A DNA stretch of 64,000 nucleotides, from assembly GCA_963718615.1 (NCBI GenBank), contig OY970368.1:608001-672000 (forward strand), read 5' to 3'. This document shows, one piece after another, positions 53,623-63,058 of this stretch. Numbering within the stretch: the first letter of the stretch is position 1; every line of letters begins with the position of its first letter. The DNA comes from an uncultured cyanobacterium (GTDB lineage: Bacteria; Cyanobacteriota; Cyanobacteriia; PCC-9006; JAAUQQ01). Under the pieces are notes generated by a model. It saw nothing but the letters and a program-made list of their open reading frames with translations, searched no databases and was not told where the DNA came from. The translations under genes were made by a program, and so were the position numbers.

Positions 53623-53751
53623 GGGGCATAATACGGGCACAGAACGCGTAAGAAACAGCCATTTCAGTTCCTAGAGGACTAAAGAATCGGAACGTTTGCG
53701 ATCGCCCCTGGGAACCTTAAAACCATCCATCCTGCTTTACAGGGAACTACC

Positions 53752-54366
53752 ATGGCCACTCTCCCATTTCTCCCGTTTCTTCTCCTTTTCCTCGTCGGTC
53801 TTCTCCTCTCCACCATTTTCGGCATTACGAACATCGTTCTCGCCTTCCAAGAGAGCGCCCTGTGGGGAATTTTGGCCTTGCTGGTTCCCTTTGCCGCCTT
53901 GGTTTTTAGCATCAAATTTTGGAGCCGCAAATGGGTGCGGCGGTCGTTCCTGGGAAATATTGGCGGGGCGGTGCTGATGATTGCCGGTATGATCGGTCTC
54001 AGCGTAGCCATGCCAGGGCTGATGAATCAGTTCGAAGGAGCCATGACGATGCCCATGGAGGATCGTCCCTTTGCAAACGGGGAACCGGGAGAACTCGGGG
54101 ATTTACCCCCAGGAACGCTCCCCGAAGGGGTTCTGCCTGAAAATGGAGATGCCTTTGCCGCCGGGGTCAACTATGCCACCGCTGCAGCAGAGCTCACCCA
54201 AACCGCTAAAACCCCAGAAGAATGGGAAAAAGTTGCAACCCAGTGGGAATATGCGGTGGCGATGATGGCGGCGGTGCCCGCAGACCATCCCAAATCCGCC
54301 TTGGCCCAGACAAAAGTGGGAGAATATAAAAAGAACTTGGCCTACGCTCAGCAGAATTCCCAGTAA
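53752..54366 (+). CDS. Hypothetical membrane protein with cyanobacterial helical C-terminal domain
   Basis: Three hydrophobic helices; C-terminus TQTAKTPEEW...AQTKVGEYKKNLAYAQQ. Confidence 0.75.
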   Translation: MATLPFLPFLLLFLVGLLLSTIFGITNIVLAFQESALWGILALLVPFAALVFSIKFWSRKWVRRSFLGNIGGAVLMIAGMIGLSVAMPGLMNQFEGAMTMPMEDRPFANGEPGELGDLPPGTLPEGVLPENGDAFAAGVNYATAAAELTQTAKTPEEWEKVATQWEYAVAMMAAVPADHPKSALAQTKVGEYKKNLAYAQQNSQ

Positions 54367-54399
54367 AATCCCCAGCCAAAACGCACCATTAATAGATCT

Positions 54400-55401
54400 A
54401 TGGCCCCTGCACCGTTATCGCCCTCTCCCTTAATTGAAGACATCCTTGGCGTTTCTCCTGCCGAGAGCTGGGTGTCGGTTTGCGATCGCACCTCCTGGGG
54501 CCGAATTTTGGTGGGGGATGGCGATCGCATCAAATTTCTCCACAACCAAAGCACCAACGATTTCCAAAACCTCACAGCGGGCCAAGGCTGCGAAACCGTA
54601 TTTGTCACCTCCACCGCCCGAACGCTGGATTTGGCGACAGCCTACGTTTTGGAAAATGAAATTCTGCTCCTCGTCTCACCCCAGCGCACGGAATTATTGC
54701 TGAAGCAATTCGATCGCTACATTTTCTTTGACGACGCAGTGAAGCTCACCAACGTCACCCAGACCCTAGCCTGTTTCACCCTATTTGGCCCTGGCAGCTA
54801 CGCCTTGCTTCAGCAGCTCACCGCCAAGGATTTTTCAAGACAACCGTTGTATCACCATCAACAGATCAACCTAGAAAGTATCGAGATCCGCATTGCCAGC
54901 GGCAGCGACCTAGGTTTACCAGGCTATACTCTTTTCTGCTCGATCGACCAAGCGGCTTCGCTCAAACAGTTGCTAGAAGAACTCAATACTAAGCCCTGCA
55001 CCTTAGACACCTGGGAAGCGCTCCGCATCGTGCAAGGGCGACCCGCCCCCGACCATGAATTAACAGAAGACTACAATCCCCTGGAAGCAGGGCTATGGCA
55101 AACGATTTCCTTTGATAAGGGCTGCTACATCGGTCAGGAAACCATCGCCCGACTCAATACCTACAATGGCGTCAAACAAAGACTTTGGGGTCTAGAGCTA
55201 GATCAATGGGCGTCACCGGGTCCCGTCATCACCCCAGCAGGCGAGAAAGTGGGTCAACTGACCAGCATTGTGCCGACCCCAACCGGAGCTTTTGGCCTCG
55301 CCTATATCCGCACCAAAGCAGGCGGGGCAGGACTCTCCATTCAGGTTGGTGATGCATCTGGTACAGTCGTACCCTTGGGCTACGTTAGTCACCCGTGTTA
55401 G
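54400..55401 (+). CDS. ygfZ: YgfZ/GcvT-like folate-binding protein
   Basis: KFLHNQSTND, KGCYIGQETIARL signature. Confidence 0.9.
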   Translation: MAPAPLSPSPLIEDILGVSPAESWVSVCDRTSWGRILVGDGDRIKFLHNQSTNDFQNLTAGQGCETVFVTSTARTLDLATAYVLENEILLLVSPQRTELLLKQFDRYIFFDDAVKLTNVTQTLACFTLFGPGSYALLQQLTAKDFSRQPLYHHQQINLESIEIRIASGSDLGLPGYTLFCSIDQAASLKQLLEELNTKPCTLDTWEALRIVQGRPAPDHELTEDYNPLEAGLWQTISFDKGCYIGQETIARLNTYNGVKQRLWGLELDQWASPGPVITPAGEKVGQLTSIVPTPTGAFGLAYIRTKAGGAGLSIQVGDASGTVVPLGYVSHPC

Positions 55402-55457
55402 TCACCCGCCTGAATCGCCCAGTAAAGCGCCCCCATTCAATTGTCAAGTCCTAAGGT

Positions 55458-55739
55458 TTAATAAATCCGATGACCCCGATGGCGCGTCGAGGCAGAGGAT
55501 GAACTCGACGATCGGCTTGCGGGCAGAATCTTGAGCGCCGGTTCCGAGGGTTGCTTCAAAATTAAAGGCCGCTGTTGTGCCAGTCGAGCCCAGCGAATCA
55601 ACAGACCCACTCCCGCAGTGGCTAACCCCAATAAGAAGAGGGAGGCGCGATCGCCCACGCCGCCAATCACCATATCAGCGGCACCCACCGTCAAAATAAA
55701 ACTGGATAGCGGTTCGCGACTGCGGGGGGATCGGGTCAT
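55458..55739 (-). CDS. Small cyanobacterial membrane protein
   Basis: REPLSSFILTVGAADMVIGG plus a second hydrophobic helix. Confidence 0.65.
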   Translation of the reverse strand: MTRSPRSREPLSSFILTVGAADMVIGGVGDRASLFLLGLATAGVGLLIRWARLAQQRPLILKQPSEPALKILPASRSSSSSSASTRHRGHRIY

Positions 55740-55776
55740 GGGGATTCATCCAACAATTGATTTAACGCAGACCCAC

Positions 55777-55947
55777 TTAATGCAGGCCCAGCCAGCTTAA
55801 CAGTCCACGTCCCGTAAAATACTCCAGCGCCACTACCACGGCAAAGCCCAACATGGCCGCACGACCATTGAGACGTTCGGCGTAATCATGAAAGCCGTAC
55901 CGGGGCGCGTTGAGATTGGGAGTTTGAGTTGGTTCTAGCTTAGCCAT
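55777..55947 (-). CDS. High light-inducible protein (HliP/SCP), 56 aa
   Basis: Manual translation, below the ORF-track cutoff: MAKLEPTQTPNLNAPRYGFHDYAERLNGRAAMLGFAVVVALEYFTGRGLLSWLGLH, with the ExxNGRxAM chlorophyll-binding motif. Confidence 0.93.
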   Translation of the reverse strand: MAKLEPTQTPNLNAPRYGFHDYAERLNGRAAMLGFAVVVALEYFTGRGLLSWLGLH

Positions 55948-56203
55948 GGAAATAATGACAATCTTGCGCCTAAAGGGTCTCTGCTTCTATTTTAAGCGTC
56001 AGGGCAACACCTGTAGAGTACGGCTCTCCAGACCTAGGATGCCCTCCCCAGAATAGGACTTCCTCCCAGAAACTGGGGAGAAAAGTTCTGTCTACCGGTG
56101 TGTAAAGATGTACCTTTTAAGACATACAGACGCATCCAAGCCAGGGTAATGGTTCTAGAGACCCTGGGTCAGGTTTCAGCATACGCATTAGGAGGCGATC
56201 GCC

Positions 56204-57301
56204 ATGAACATTGGAGTCCCCAAAGAAATCAAAGACCAAGAATTTCGGGTCGGATTAACCCCCAGCAGCGTCCAGGCGCTGACCGAGCGAGGGCACAACG
56301 TCGCCGTCGAGACCCAAGCCGGTGATGGAGCAGGATTTACGGACGAAGACTATCGTCGGGCGGGCGCTGAGATTGTCGCGACGGCCAAAGCCGCCTGGGA
56401 TCAAGCCCTGGTCATCAAAGTCAAGGAGCCCCTGGCGGCGGAATATGAGTTTCTGCAAAAGGAACAGATTCTTTTCACTTACCTACACCTAGCCGCCGGT
56501 CGGGGATTGACCGAAGCCCTGCTCAATAGCGGCGTTACGGCGATCGCCTACGAAACTGTCGAGTTGGGCGATCGCCGTCTGCCCCTACTGACCCCCATGA
56601 GTATCATTGCCGGACGACTCTCGGTCCAGTTTGGGGCGCGCTTTCTCGAACGACAGCAAGGTGGTCGCGGGGTATTGCTGGGGGGCGTACCAGGGGTGCG
56701 CCCAGGTCGGGTGACGATTTTAGGGGGCGGTGTGGTGGGCACCGAGGCGGCCAAAATGGCCGTGGGACTGGGGGCTCAGGTGCAGATGATTGATATTAAT
56801 GTCGATCGCCTGGGAGAACTCGAAGCCCTGTTTGGCTCTCGCGTAGAGTTGCTCCACAGCAGCTCGGCCCAAATCGCAGCCACGGTCCCGGAGGCTGATC
56901 TGCTTATTGGGGCGGTGCTGGTGCCGGGGCGACGACCGCCGACGCTGGTGTCGCGATCGCTCGTGGCCCAAATGCGTCCCGGCTCAGTCATCGTCGATGT
57001 GGCAGTGGACCAAGGGGGCTGCATCGAAACCCTGCGGCCCACCTCCCACTCCCAGCCGGTTTATCTAGAAGAAGGCGTGGTGCACTATGGCGTCCCCAAT
57101 ATGCCGGGGGCTGTGCCCTGGACCGCCGCCCAAGCGCTCAATAACAGTACGTTGCCCTATGTGCTTAGGCTGGCTGACCAGGGCCTCGGCAGTTTGGCCA
57201 AGGATCCCGCCCTGGCCAAGGGCCTGAATGTGCAGCGACACGAATTAATCCATCCCGCCGTTCGCGAGAGTTTCCCGGATTTGACGGCGGCTGTAGCTTA
57301 A
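56204..57301 (+). CDS. ald: Alanine dehydrogenase
   Basis: IGVPKEIKDQEFRV, FTYLHLAA, GGGVVG, DVAVDQGGC, VPNMPGAV. Confidence 0.96.
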   Translation: MNIGVPKEIKDQEFRVGLTPSSVQALTERGHNVAVETQAGDGAGFTDEDYRRAGAEIVATAKAAWDQALVIKVKEPLAAEYEFLQKEQILFTYLHLAAGRGLTEALLNSGVTAIAYETVELGDRRLPLLTPMSIIAGRLSVQFGARFLERQQGGRGVLLGGVPGVRPGRVTILGGGVVGTEAAKMAVGLGAQVQMIDINVDRLGELEALFGSRVELLHSSSAQIAATVPEADLLIGAVLVPGRRPPTLVSRSLVAQMRPGSVIVDVAVDQGGCIETLRPTSHSQPVYLEEGVVHYGVPNMPGAVPWTAAQALNNSTLPYVLRLADQGLGSLAKDPALAKGLNVQRHELIHPAVRESFPDLTAAVA

Positions 57302-58110
57302 GCTTGCCCGAGGGCTTGGGATCGCGCAGTCGCAGCCTTGACGGCCTCGATCAAGGCCGAGCGAAACCCTGCCTGTTCCAAGGCGGAGACCCCGGCAATC
57401 GTTGTACCGCCGGGGCTGGTGACTTGATCCTTGAGCTGAGCGGGGTGCTGGCCGGTTTCCTGGAGTAACGTGGCTGTCCCCAACACCGTTTGGAGGGCGA
57501 GCTGCTGGGCGATCGCCCTCGGCAACCCTGCAGCCACCCCCCCATCGGACAAGGCTTCAACCATAAGCGCCACATAGGCTGGCCCCGATCCCGATAGACC
57601 CGTCACCGCATCCATCAGCGCCTCGGCCACTTCGACAACCGTGCCAATCGCCGAAAACAGGGTTTTTGCCTGGGTGAGTTGCTCCGGTTGGACGAGGGAA
57701 TTGGGGGCGATCGCCGTACAACCGGCCCCCACCAACGCCGGGGTATTGGGCATCGCCCGAATAATCGGCTGATCTGGGAACCCCGCATTCAAGCGACTCA
57801 GCGGAACCCCCGCCAAAATCGAGAGGACCAATTGCTGAGATTGGACCTGAGATCGTTGACTTCGCAACCGCGTGACCACCGATTCAAAGACCTGAGGCTT
57901 AATCGCCAGCAGCAGCACTTCTGCCTCCGCCGCTGCCCCATTTTCTGTCGTCGTTTGTACACCCAATTGAGCCTGCAACTGCTCTCGCCGCTCCGCCGTA
58001 GGTTCACTCACCAACACATCCCCCGGTGCATATATCCCTCGCGCCAGCAGCCGCGACAAAATCGCCGTCCCCATGACGCCACCACCAATCAAACCCAGTT
58101 TGGGAGCCAT
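57298..58110 (-). CDS. proC: Pyrroline-5-carboxylate reductase
   Basis: IGGGVMG, RAMPNTP, GLSGSGPAY, VTSPGGTT. Confidence 0.97.
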   Translation of the reverse strand: MAPKLGLIGGGVMGTAILSRLLARGIYAPGDVLVSEPTAERREQLQAQLGVQTTTENGAAAEAEVLLLAIKPQVFESVVTRLRSQRSQVQSQQLVLSILAGVPLSRLNAGFPDQPIIRAMPNTPALVGAGCTAIAPNSLVQPEQLTQAKTLFSAIGTVVEVAEALMDAVTGLSGSGPAYVALMVEALSDGGVAAGLPRAIAQQLALQTVLGTATLLQETGQHPAQLKDQVTSPGGTTIAGVSALEQAGFRSALIEAVKAATARSQALGQA

Positions 58111-58153
58111 CGCGCTTTGCCTCTCAGCTCAAAAAACAGTCAAAAAAACAGCC

Positions 58154-58189
58154 AAAAAAATGGGTAAGTAGCCTCTGCCCTTACCCATT
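58154..58189 (-). terminator. Intrinsic terminator after sepF
   Basis: TGGGTAAG...CTTACCCA stem followed by a T7 tract on the minus strand. Confidence 0.7.
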
Positions 58190-58262
58190 GATCGCTCTGA
58201 TCAAAACTTACTAACGCGAGTAAAACGAGTTAACCGCATCATCCAATTAACCGACCCTGTAC

Positions 58263-58847
58263 TTACTGAGCCATGGGGATATGCTCACTGGCCCAAGCGG
58301 GAGCTCCCGTTGCGGGGCGCACATGGGGTTGAGGAGCTTCCATCGGATTGTGGTTTGCAGCATCCTGCTGGGTGACCACTTGGACACAATTCGGAGTAAA
58401 GAGGAAAATGCTTTCGCCCACGCGCTCTTGGTGGCCATCAATGGCGTAGGTGCCGCCTGCAACGAAGTCCACTGCACGCTGAGCCTGGTCGGGATCCATC
58501 ATCGTCAGGTTCAGAACCACAGACTTGCGCTCACGCATGGCCTGGATGGCTTGGGGCATTTCTTCAAAGGAGCGGGGCTCCATCACTACCACTTCAGACA
58601 AACCGTTGATGGCACCGGGCATGCCGATGACGTTGCTAGTGGAACCAATGCTGGTGGTCATAATACTAGGGCGCTGCTCACGAACACGACGACGGGCGGG
58701 GACTTCTTCTTGGACCACGGGCGCAGGAGGATTCTCTTCCTGGTAAAGGTTTTGATACTCCTCACCATCCATCTCGTCGTATTCGTAGTCGTACTCCATT
58801 CCTTCATTCAGTCCGACGAAGTCGCGCAGCTTGTTGAAAATAGACAC
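58263..58847 (-). CDS. sepF: Cell division protein SepF
   Basis: [29 protein letters not shown]. Confidence 0.95.
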   Translation of the reverse strand: MSIFNKLRDFVGLNEGMEYDYEYDEMDGEEYQNLYQEENPPAPVVQEEVPARRRVREQRPSIMTTSIGSTSNVIGMPGAINGLSEVVVMEPRSFEEMPQAIQAMRERKSVVLNLTMMDPDQAQRAVDFVAGGTYAIDGHQERVGESIFLFTPNCVQVVTQQDAANHNPMEAPQPHVRPATGAPAWASEHIPMAQ

Positions 58848-59332
58848 GGTTCACACTCCAGTAAAACTCAGTAAAAGCTTTCAGAATCTTGAAAGTCGCT
58901 CATCGAAACCAGCATTGGTCGAGACCAGCACCCAGAAGGTGAAGAGACTAGAGACGCTAGACTTGCAGCTAAAGATGCACCTAATCTTGAAATCAGAAAA
59001 GTCTCTTTAACAAAACTTTACGATAGAGGGTAGCACCGATCTCTTATGCGTGGGACACACCTTATCCCAATTCGCTAAAAATCTCTAGTTTTTTCTTGGA
59101 CCTTGCTCTACCCGCTAAAAACCTCGGGGCCTCCGGGATGAACCAGGAGATGACCAGGATTCTTAGACCCAATTTGGGTTGAAACAAGCGAACACCCCGT
59201 GGGAGTTGTAATGGGGACTTCTGGAACGGCTTGACTTAAGGAACAGCACTCACTGAATCAAATTTCACTGAGCCTATTCATCCAGGTGCGAGACTATGCT
59301 ATCTACGCCCCAAATAGATGACAAGAAGGGAA

Positions 59333-60025
59333 CTAACCCCTCGTTCCGAAGATGGTTGTGCCCAATCGGACCATCGTAGCGCCAGCTTGAACCGCTAGCG
59401 GATAATCCCCAGACATTCCCATTGACAGTTGCTCCATGGATATATTAAACCATCCTTGCTGTTTTGCTTCACTCCCGATTTGATCCGCCAAATGTCGTGC
59501 ATCTTCAAATAAATTAAGGGTTTCTGCGGCTTCGAGCTGGAGCGGCGGAATGACCATCAAGCCAGAAATACGTAGTTGATTATACTGACAAACTTGGGGT
59601 AATTGCTGAAGGAGCAATTGGGGTTCCCAGCCGGTTTTGTTCGGGTCCGGTCGTAACTTGACCTGGAGACAGACCTGGGGGGACTTTTGGAGTTCAGCGG
59701 CGATGCGATCGATCCGTTGCAGCAGCTTCAAGCTGTCGACGGAATGGATCCAATCAAAATGCTCGATGGCTTTCCGAACCTTATTGCTTTGGAGGGGACC
59801 AATTAGATGCCAGGTAATATCGGGCAGATCCTGGAGATCAGCTTGTTTGTCGATCGCTTCCTGGACTCGATTTTCGCCAAAATCCCGTAATCCTGCCCCG
59901 TAGGCAGCTCTCACATGCTCGGCGCTGAGGGTTTTGCTGACCCCAATGAGACGGACCTGGGGCGGCAACGTTGCCCGAATGGCATGAATGCGTGCGGCGA
60001 TCTGCTCCGCGTCGACCATCTTCAT
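59333..60025 (-). CDS. pipY: YggS-family PLP-binding protein PipY
   Basis: IGVSKT, FGENRVQE, WHLIGPLQSNK, LSMGMSGDY; directly downstream of pipX. Confidence 0.93.
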   Translation of the reverse strand: MKMVDAEQIAARIHAIRATLPPQVRLIGVSKTLSAEHVRAAYGAGLRDFGENRVQEAIDKQADLQDLPDITWHLIGPLQSNKVRKAIEHFDWIHSVDSLKLLQRIDRIAAELQKSPQVCLQVKLRPDPNKTGWEPQLLLQQLPQVCQYNQLRISGLMVIPPLQLEAAETLNLFEDARHLADQIGSEAKQQGWFNISMEQLSMGMSGDYPLAVQAGATMVRLGTTIFGTRG

Positions 60026-60034
60026 GGGGTTGGG

Positions 60035-60304
60035 TTAAAACAGAATTTTGAAGGTGCCCTGCAGGGTTTGGAATTCGGGGGTGTTACCCTTTTGTCGTAA
60101 TAACCGCATTCGGGTCTCAACGAGCGATCGCGCCTCACTCCGGTTCATCGATTGGAATTCGCGGGGACCTTTGGTGGGCGTTAGCACTAGAAAAAACAGC
60201 CGATGGGCATAGAGTGTCGTAAATATTTCTTTACCTTCGTCGATCACACAGACCCGAAAGAGAAGGCCAAAGGTGGGGTGGTTGAGGTAGGTTTCGGTAT
60301 TCAT
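60035..60304 (-). CDS. pipX: PII-interacting protein PipX
   Basis: ETYLNHPTFGLLFRVC, FTTLYAHRLFFLV. Confidence 0.94.
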   Translation of the reverse strand: MNTETYLNHPTFGLLFRVCVIDEGKEIFTTLYAHRLFFLVLTPTKGPREFQSMNRSEARSLVETRMRLLRQKGNTPEFQTLQGTFKILF

Positions 60305-60328
60305 GCACAGCGGTTCAATACCTCAAAA

Positions 60329-61384
60329 CTATAGCTCACCACCGACCCAGACCCGTAGGCCACAAAAGCAGCAGAGGATGGCGATCGCCACCCAATCCCG
60401 CCGCTTCAGCCGCAGGTCATGCCACTGAACCCGATGGCGATCGGCACCGACAAAGCCTCGCACTTGCATGGCGCTAGCGGCTTGGGAGGCGCGCAGGAGG
60501 AGGTTTTCGAGGAGCCGCTCGGCAACGATCAGCCAGACGCGAATGCTACGCCGCAGTCCGAGTTTTTTCCAGTTGATGGCACGGGTCCAGACGGAGCGGC
60601 CTAGGTTTTGGATTTCTTCGAGGACGAGGGGAATATAGCGCAGGGAGAGGGTGAGGGTGAGGGCGAGTTCGGTGACGGGGAAGCCCAGCTTGCGCAGGGG
60701 CAACATCAGGTCTTCAAGGCCAGCGGTAATTTCTTCGGGGGCTGTGGTGAGGAGGTAGAGGTTGGTGCTGTAGATCAGCGTGAAAATTAGGGTGCTGACG
60801 CGGATAGCGAGGGTGAGCGATCGCTGGGTAATTGTAAAAAAACCTTCATCCACCAGGACATAACGATAGCCGCTGGCGGTGGGCAGGTCTTCCGCTGGAA
60901 CAACTGTTGGGGGTTGGGATTTGCCAAAGGGCCAGAGGCGGAGGGGCTGTTGCTCTCCACCGGACTGTTTTTGTCCATTGCTATTGGGTACAGCACCATT
61001 TTGTACAGCACCATTTTGTAAGTCCCCCTTTTGTAGATCTCCAGGGGGGGGAGCGCCATCAAGCTGGAGGCTGTTTTCGGGCCGATGGGCCGTGTGTTGC
61101 GCCAACAGCCCATCCGGGGTAATCGCCGTCATCACAAAAATCAGCAGGCAGAGCATTGTGAGCCAGCCCATCTGCTGCCGCCACACCCGCAGCGGCACCC
61201 GCGCAATCAGCGTCAGCAGCATTAACAGTCCGACCAAAACAATCCGCCAAATATCGCTGGCCAAAACTGGCGTGAGCAAAAAACCCATCAGCCAGAAGAG
61301 TTTGACACGGGGATCAAGGCGATGCAGCCAAGTGACGGGTTGTTCGAGATAAAGACCGAGGGGCAGCGATCGCAGAATATCCAT
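60329..61384 (-). CDS. ECF transporter transmembrane component (EcfT/CbiQ-like)
   Basis: MDILRSLPLGLYLEQP, LHRLDPRVK, TTAPEEIT, LSLRYIP. Confidence 0.88.
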   Translation of the reverse strand: MDILRSLPLGLYLEQPVTWLHRLDPRVKLFWLMGFLLTPVLASDIWRIVLVGLLMLLTLIARVPLRVWRQQMGWLTMLCLLIFVMTAITPDGLLAQHTAHRPENSLQLDGAPPPGDLQKGDLQNGAVQNGAVPNSNGQKQSGGEQQPLRLWPFGKSQPPTVVPAEDLPTASGYRYVLVDEGFFTITQRSLTLAIRVSTLIFTLIYSTNLYLLTTAPEEITAGLEDLMLPLRKLGFPVTELALTLTLSLRYIPLVLEEIQNLGRSVWTRAINWKKLGLRRSIRVWLIVAERLLENLLLRASQAASAMQVRGFVGADRHRVQWHDLRLKRRDWVAIAILCCFCGLRVWVGGEL

Positions 61385-61393
61385 GAATCAAAC

Positions 61394-62752
61394 TTAAACT
61401 TTGGTGGCGCGATTGACCGTGCGTTCGGCTTCCCGCTGGCGTTTGCCCCGCCAGATTAACCGTAGGGGGGTAGCGTTAAATCCAAGACTTTCCCGGAACT
61501 GACGCTCGATATAACGCCGATAGGTATCGCCAAACAGCTTGGGATCATTGACAAACAAGGCAATGGTGGGCGGTTGGCTGGTCACCTGGGTGCCATAGTA
61601 AATTTTGCCCTGTTTTCCCTGGCGTGTCGTCGGGGGGGACTTCCACCCCACCGCTTCTTCCAAAACTTCGTTGATCACAGAGGTGGTGACTCGCCGCTGG
61701 TGCTCCTCCGTGGCGGTGTTGACCAATTCCAGAATTTTTTCGACCCGCTGTCCCGTCTTGGCACTGATAAAGATCATCGGAGCCCAGTTAAGGAAATAGA
61801 GACGCGATCGCAAGGTTCGCTCGTAGTCGTAGATTGTGCTGGAATCCTTGTAAACGGCATCCCATTTATTCACCACAATGACGCAGGCTCGCCCATCATC
61901 TTCAATGCGTCCCGCTAGCTTTTGGTCCTGTTCAGTCACGCCATCCAGGGCATCAATCACCAACAGCACCACATCGGCCCGACGAATCGCCTTAAAGGCC
62001 CGGTTGATCCCGAAGAACTCAGGGCCATAGTCAATGCTGCGTTTGCGACGGATGCCGGCGGTGTCGATCAGCTTATAGGTTTTCCCCTCGCGCTCCACCA
62101 GGCTATCGATGGCGTCCCGCGTCGTTCCGGCCACAGGGCTGACAATGGCTCGGCCTTCGCCCACAAAGGCATTGAGCAAACTCGATTTGCCCACATTGGG
62201 ACGACCGATGATGGCGATATTGGCGATCGCCTCCGCTTCAATATTTTCCTGCGCGGGCAAATACCCAATAATCAGATCGAGCAAGTCCCCCGTCCCGTTG
62301 CCGTGAATGCTGGAAATGGCCAAGGGCTCGCCAATGCCCAAGGACCAAAACTCAGCGGCCTGAGAGGCACCTAGCGCGTCAGACTCGCACTTATTCACCG
62401 CCAGCAACACCGGCACCGGCTGCTGGCGCAGCCATTCCGCAATACTTTCATCGGCAGCCGTCAATCCCGCTTGGCCATCCACCACCATCACGGCCACACT
62501 GGCCTCGGTCAGGGCTAACATCGCCTGCTCACGGATCAGGGGTAAAAATTCTGTCTCGTCTTCAAAGACTAATCCCCCGGTATCCACCACCTGGAAATCT
62601 CGATGTCCCCAAAAGGCTGGACGATAGGTGCGATCGCGCGTTACACCCGGCTCATCATGAACGATCGCATCTCGCCCCCCCGCGAGCCGGTTTACAAGGG
62701 TAGACTTGCCCACGTTGGGGCGACCAATAATGGCAACAATGGGCAGCGGCAT
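61394..62752 (-). CDS. der: Ribosome biogenesis GTPase Der (EngA)
   Basis: Two G domains [24 protein letters not shown]; KH-like C-terminus. Confidence 0.98.
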   Translation of the reverse strand: MPLPIVAIIGRPNVGKSTLVNRLAGGRDAIVHDEPGVTRDRTYRPAFWGHRDFQVVDTGGLVFEDETEFLPLIREQAMLALTEASVAVMVVDGQAGLTAADESIAEWLRQQPVPVLLAVNKCESDALGASQAAEFWSLGIGEPLAISSIHGNGTGDLLDLIIGYLPAQENIEAEAIANIAIIGRPNVGKSSLLNAFVGEGRAIVSPVAGTTRDAIDSLVEREGKTYKLIDTAGIRRKRSIDYGPEFFGINRAFKAIRRADVVLLVIDALDGVTEQDQKLAGRIEDDGRACVIVVNKWDAVYKDSSTIYDYERTLRSRLYFLNWAPMIFISAKTGQRVEKILELVNTATEEHQRRVTTSVINEVLEEAVGWKSPPTTRQGKQGKIYYGTQVTSQPPTIALFVNDPKLFGDTYRRYIERQFRESLGFNATPLRLIWRGKRQREAERTVNRATKV

Positions 62753-63058
62753 GGCAAAAACTATGGGGAGACTGAAACAAAAGAAAGCAAAAACTTAGGC
62801 AAAAAATTAAATTTCGGACCTTCTATCTATTCTAATGCGTTGTTGGGATAAGGATTCTTACTCCTCACCAGAAGAACGAGCCGGAGACCGTATACTGTCA
62901 GGGGCAAATTTTACTTTTTTAGAAAAATTTCCCACTCAGGGGCAGATCTGCTGACCGCAGAGTCAAACAAGTTCATGAAGAAGCGATCGAAGACAGGGCG
63001 TTAGGCAGGCCATCTGCTAGTGCTTTATTTTCGTCAGCGATCGCTGAGGTATCGTCTA

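Noticed and set aside
56095-56130. NtcA or HLR1 site between the hli gene and ald
   Set aside because: GTA..TAC spacing is 6 or 12 rather than 8, and the TTACA-like repeats lack HLR1 spacing
57298-62752. der-ecfT-pipX-pipY-sepF-proC cluster as a novel system
   Set aside because: The pipX-pipY-sepF-proC linkage and the EngA-PipX connection are already described in cyanobacteria
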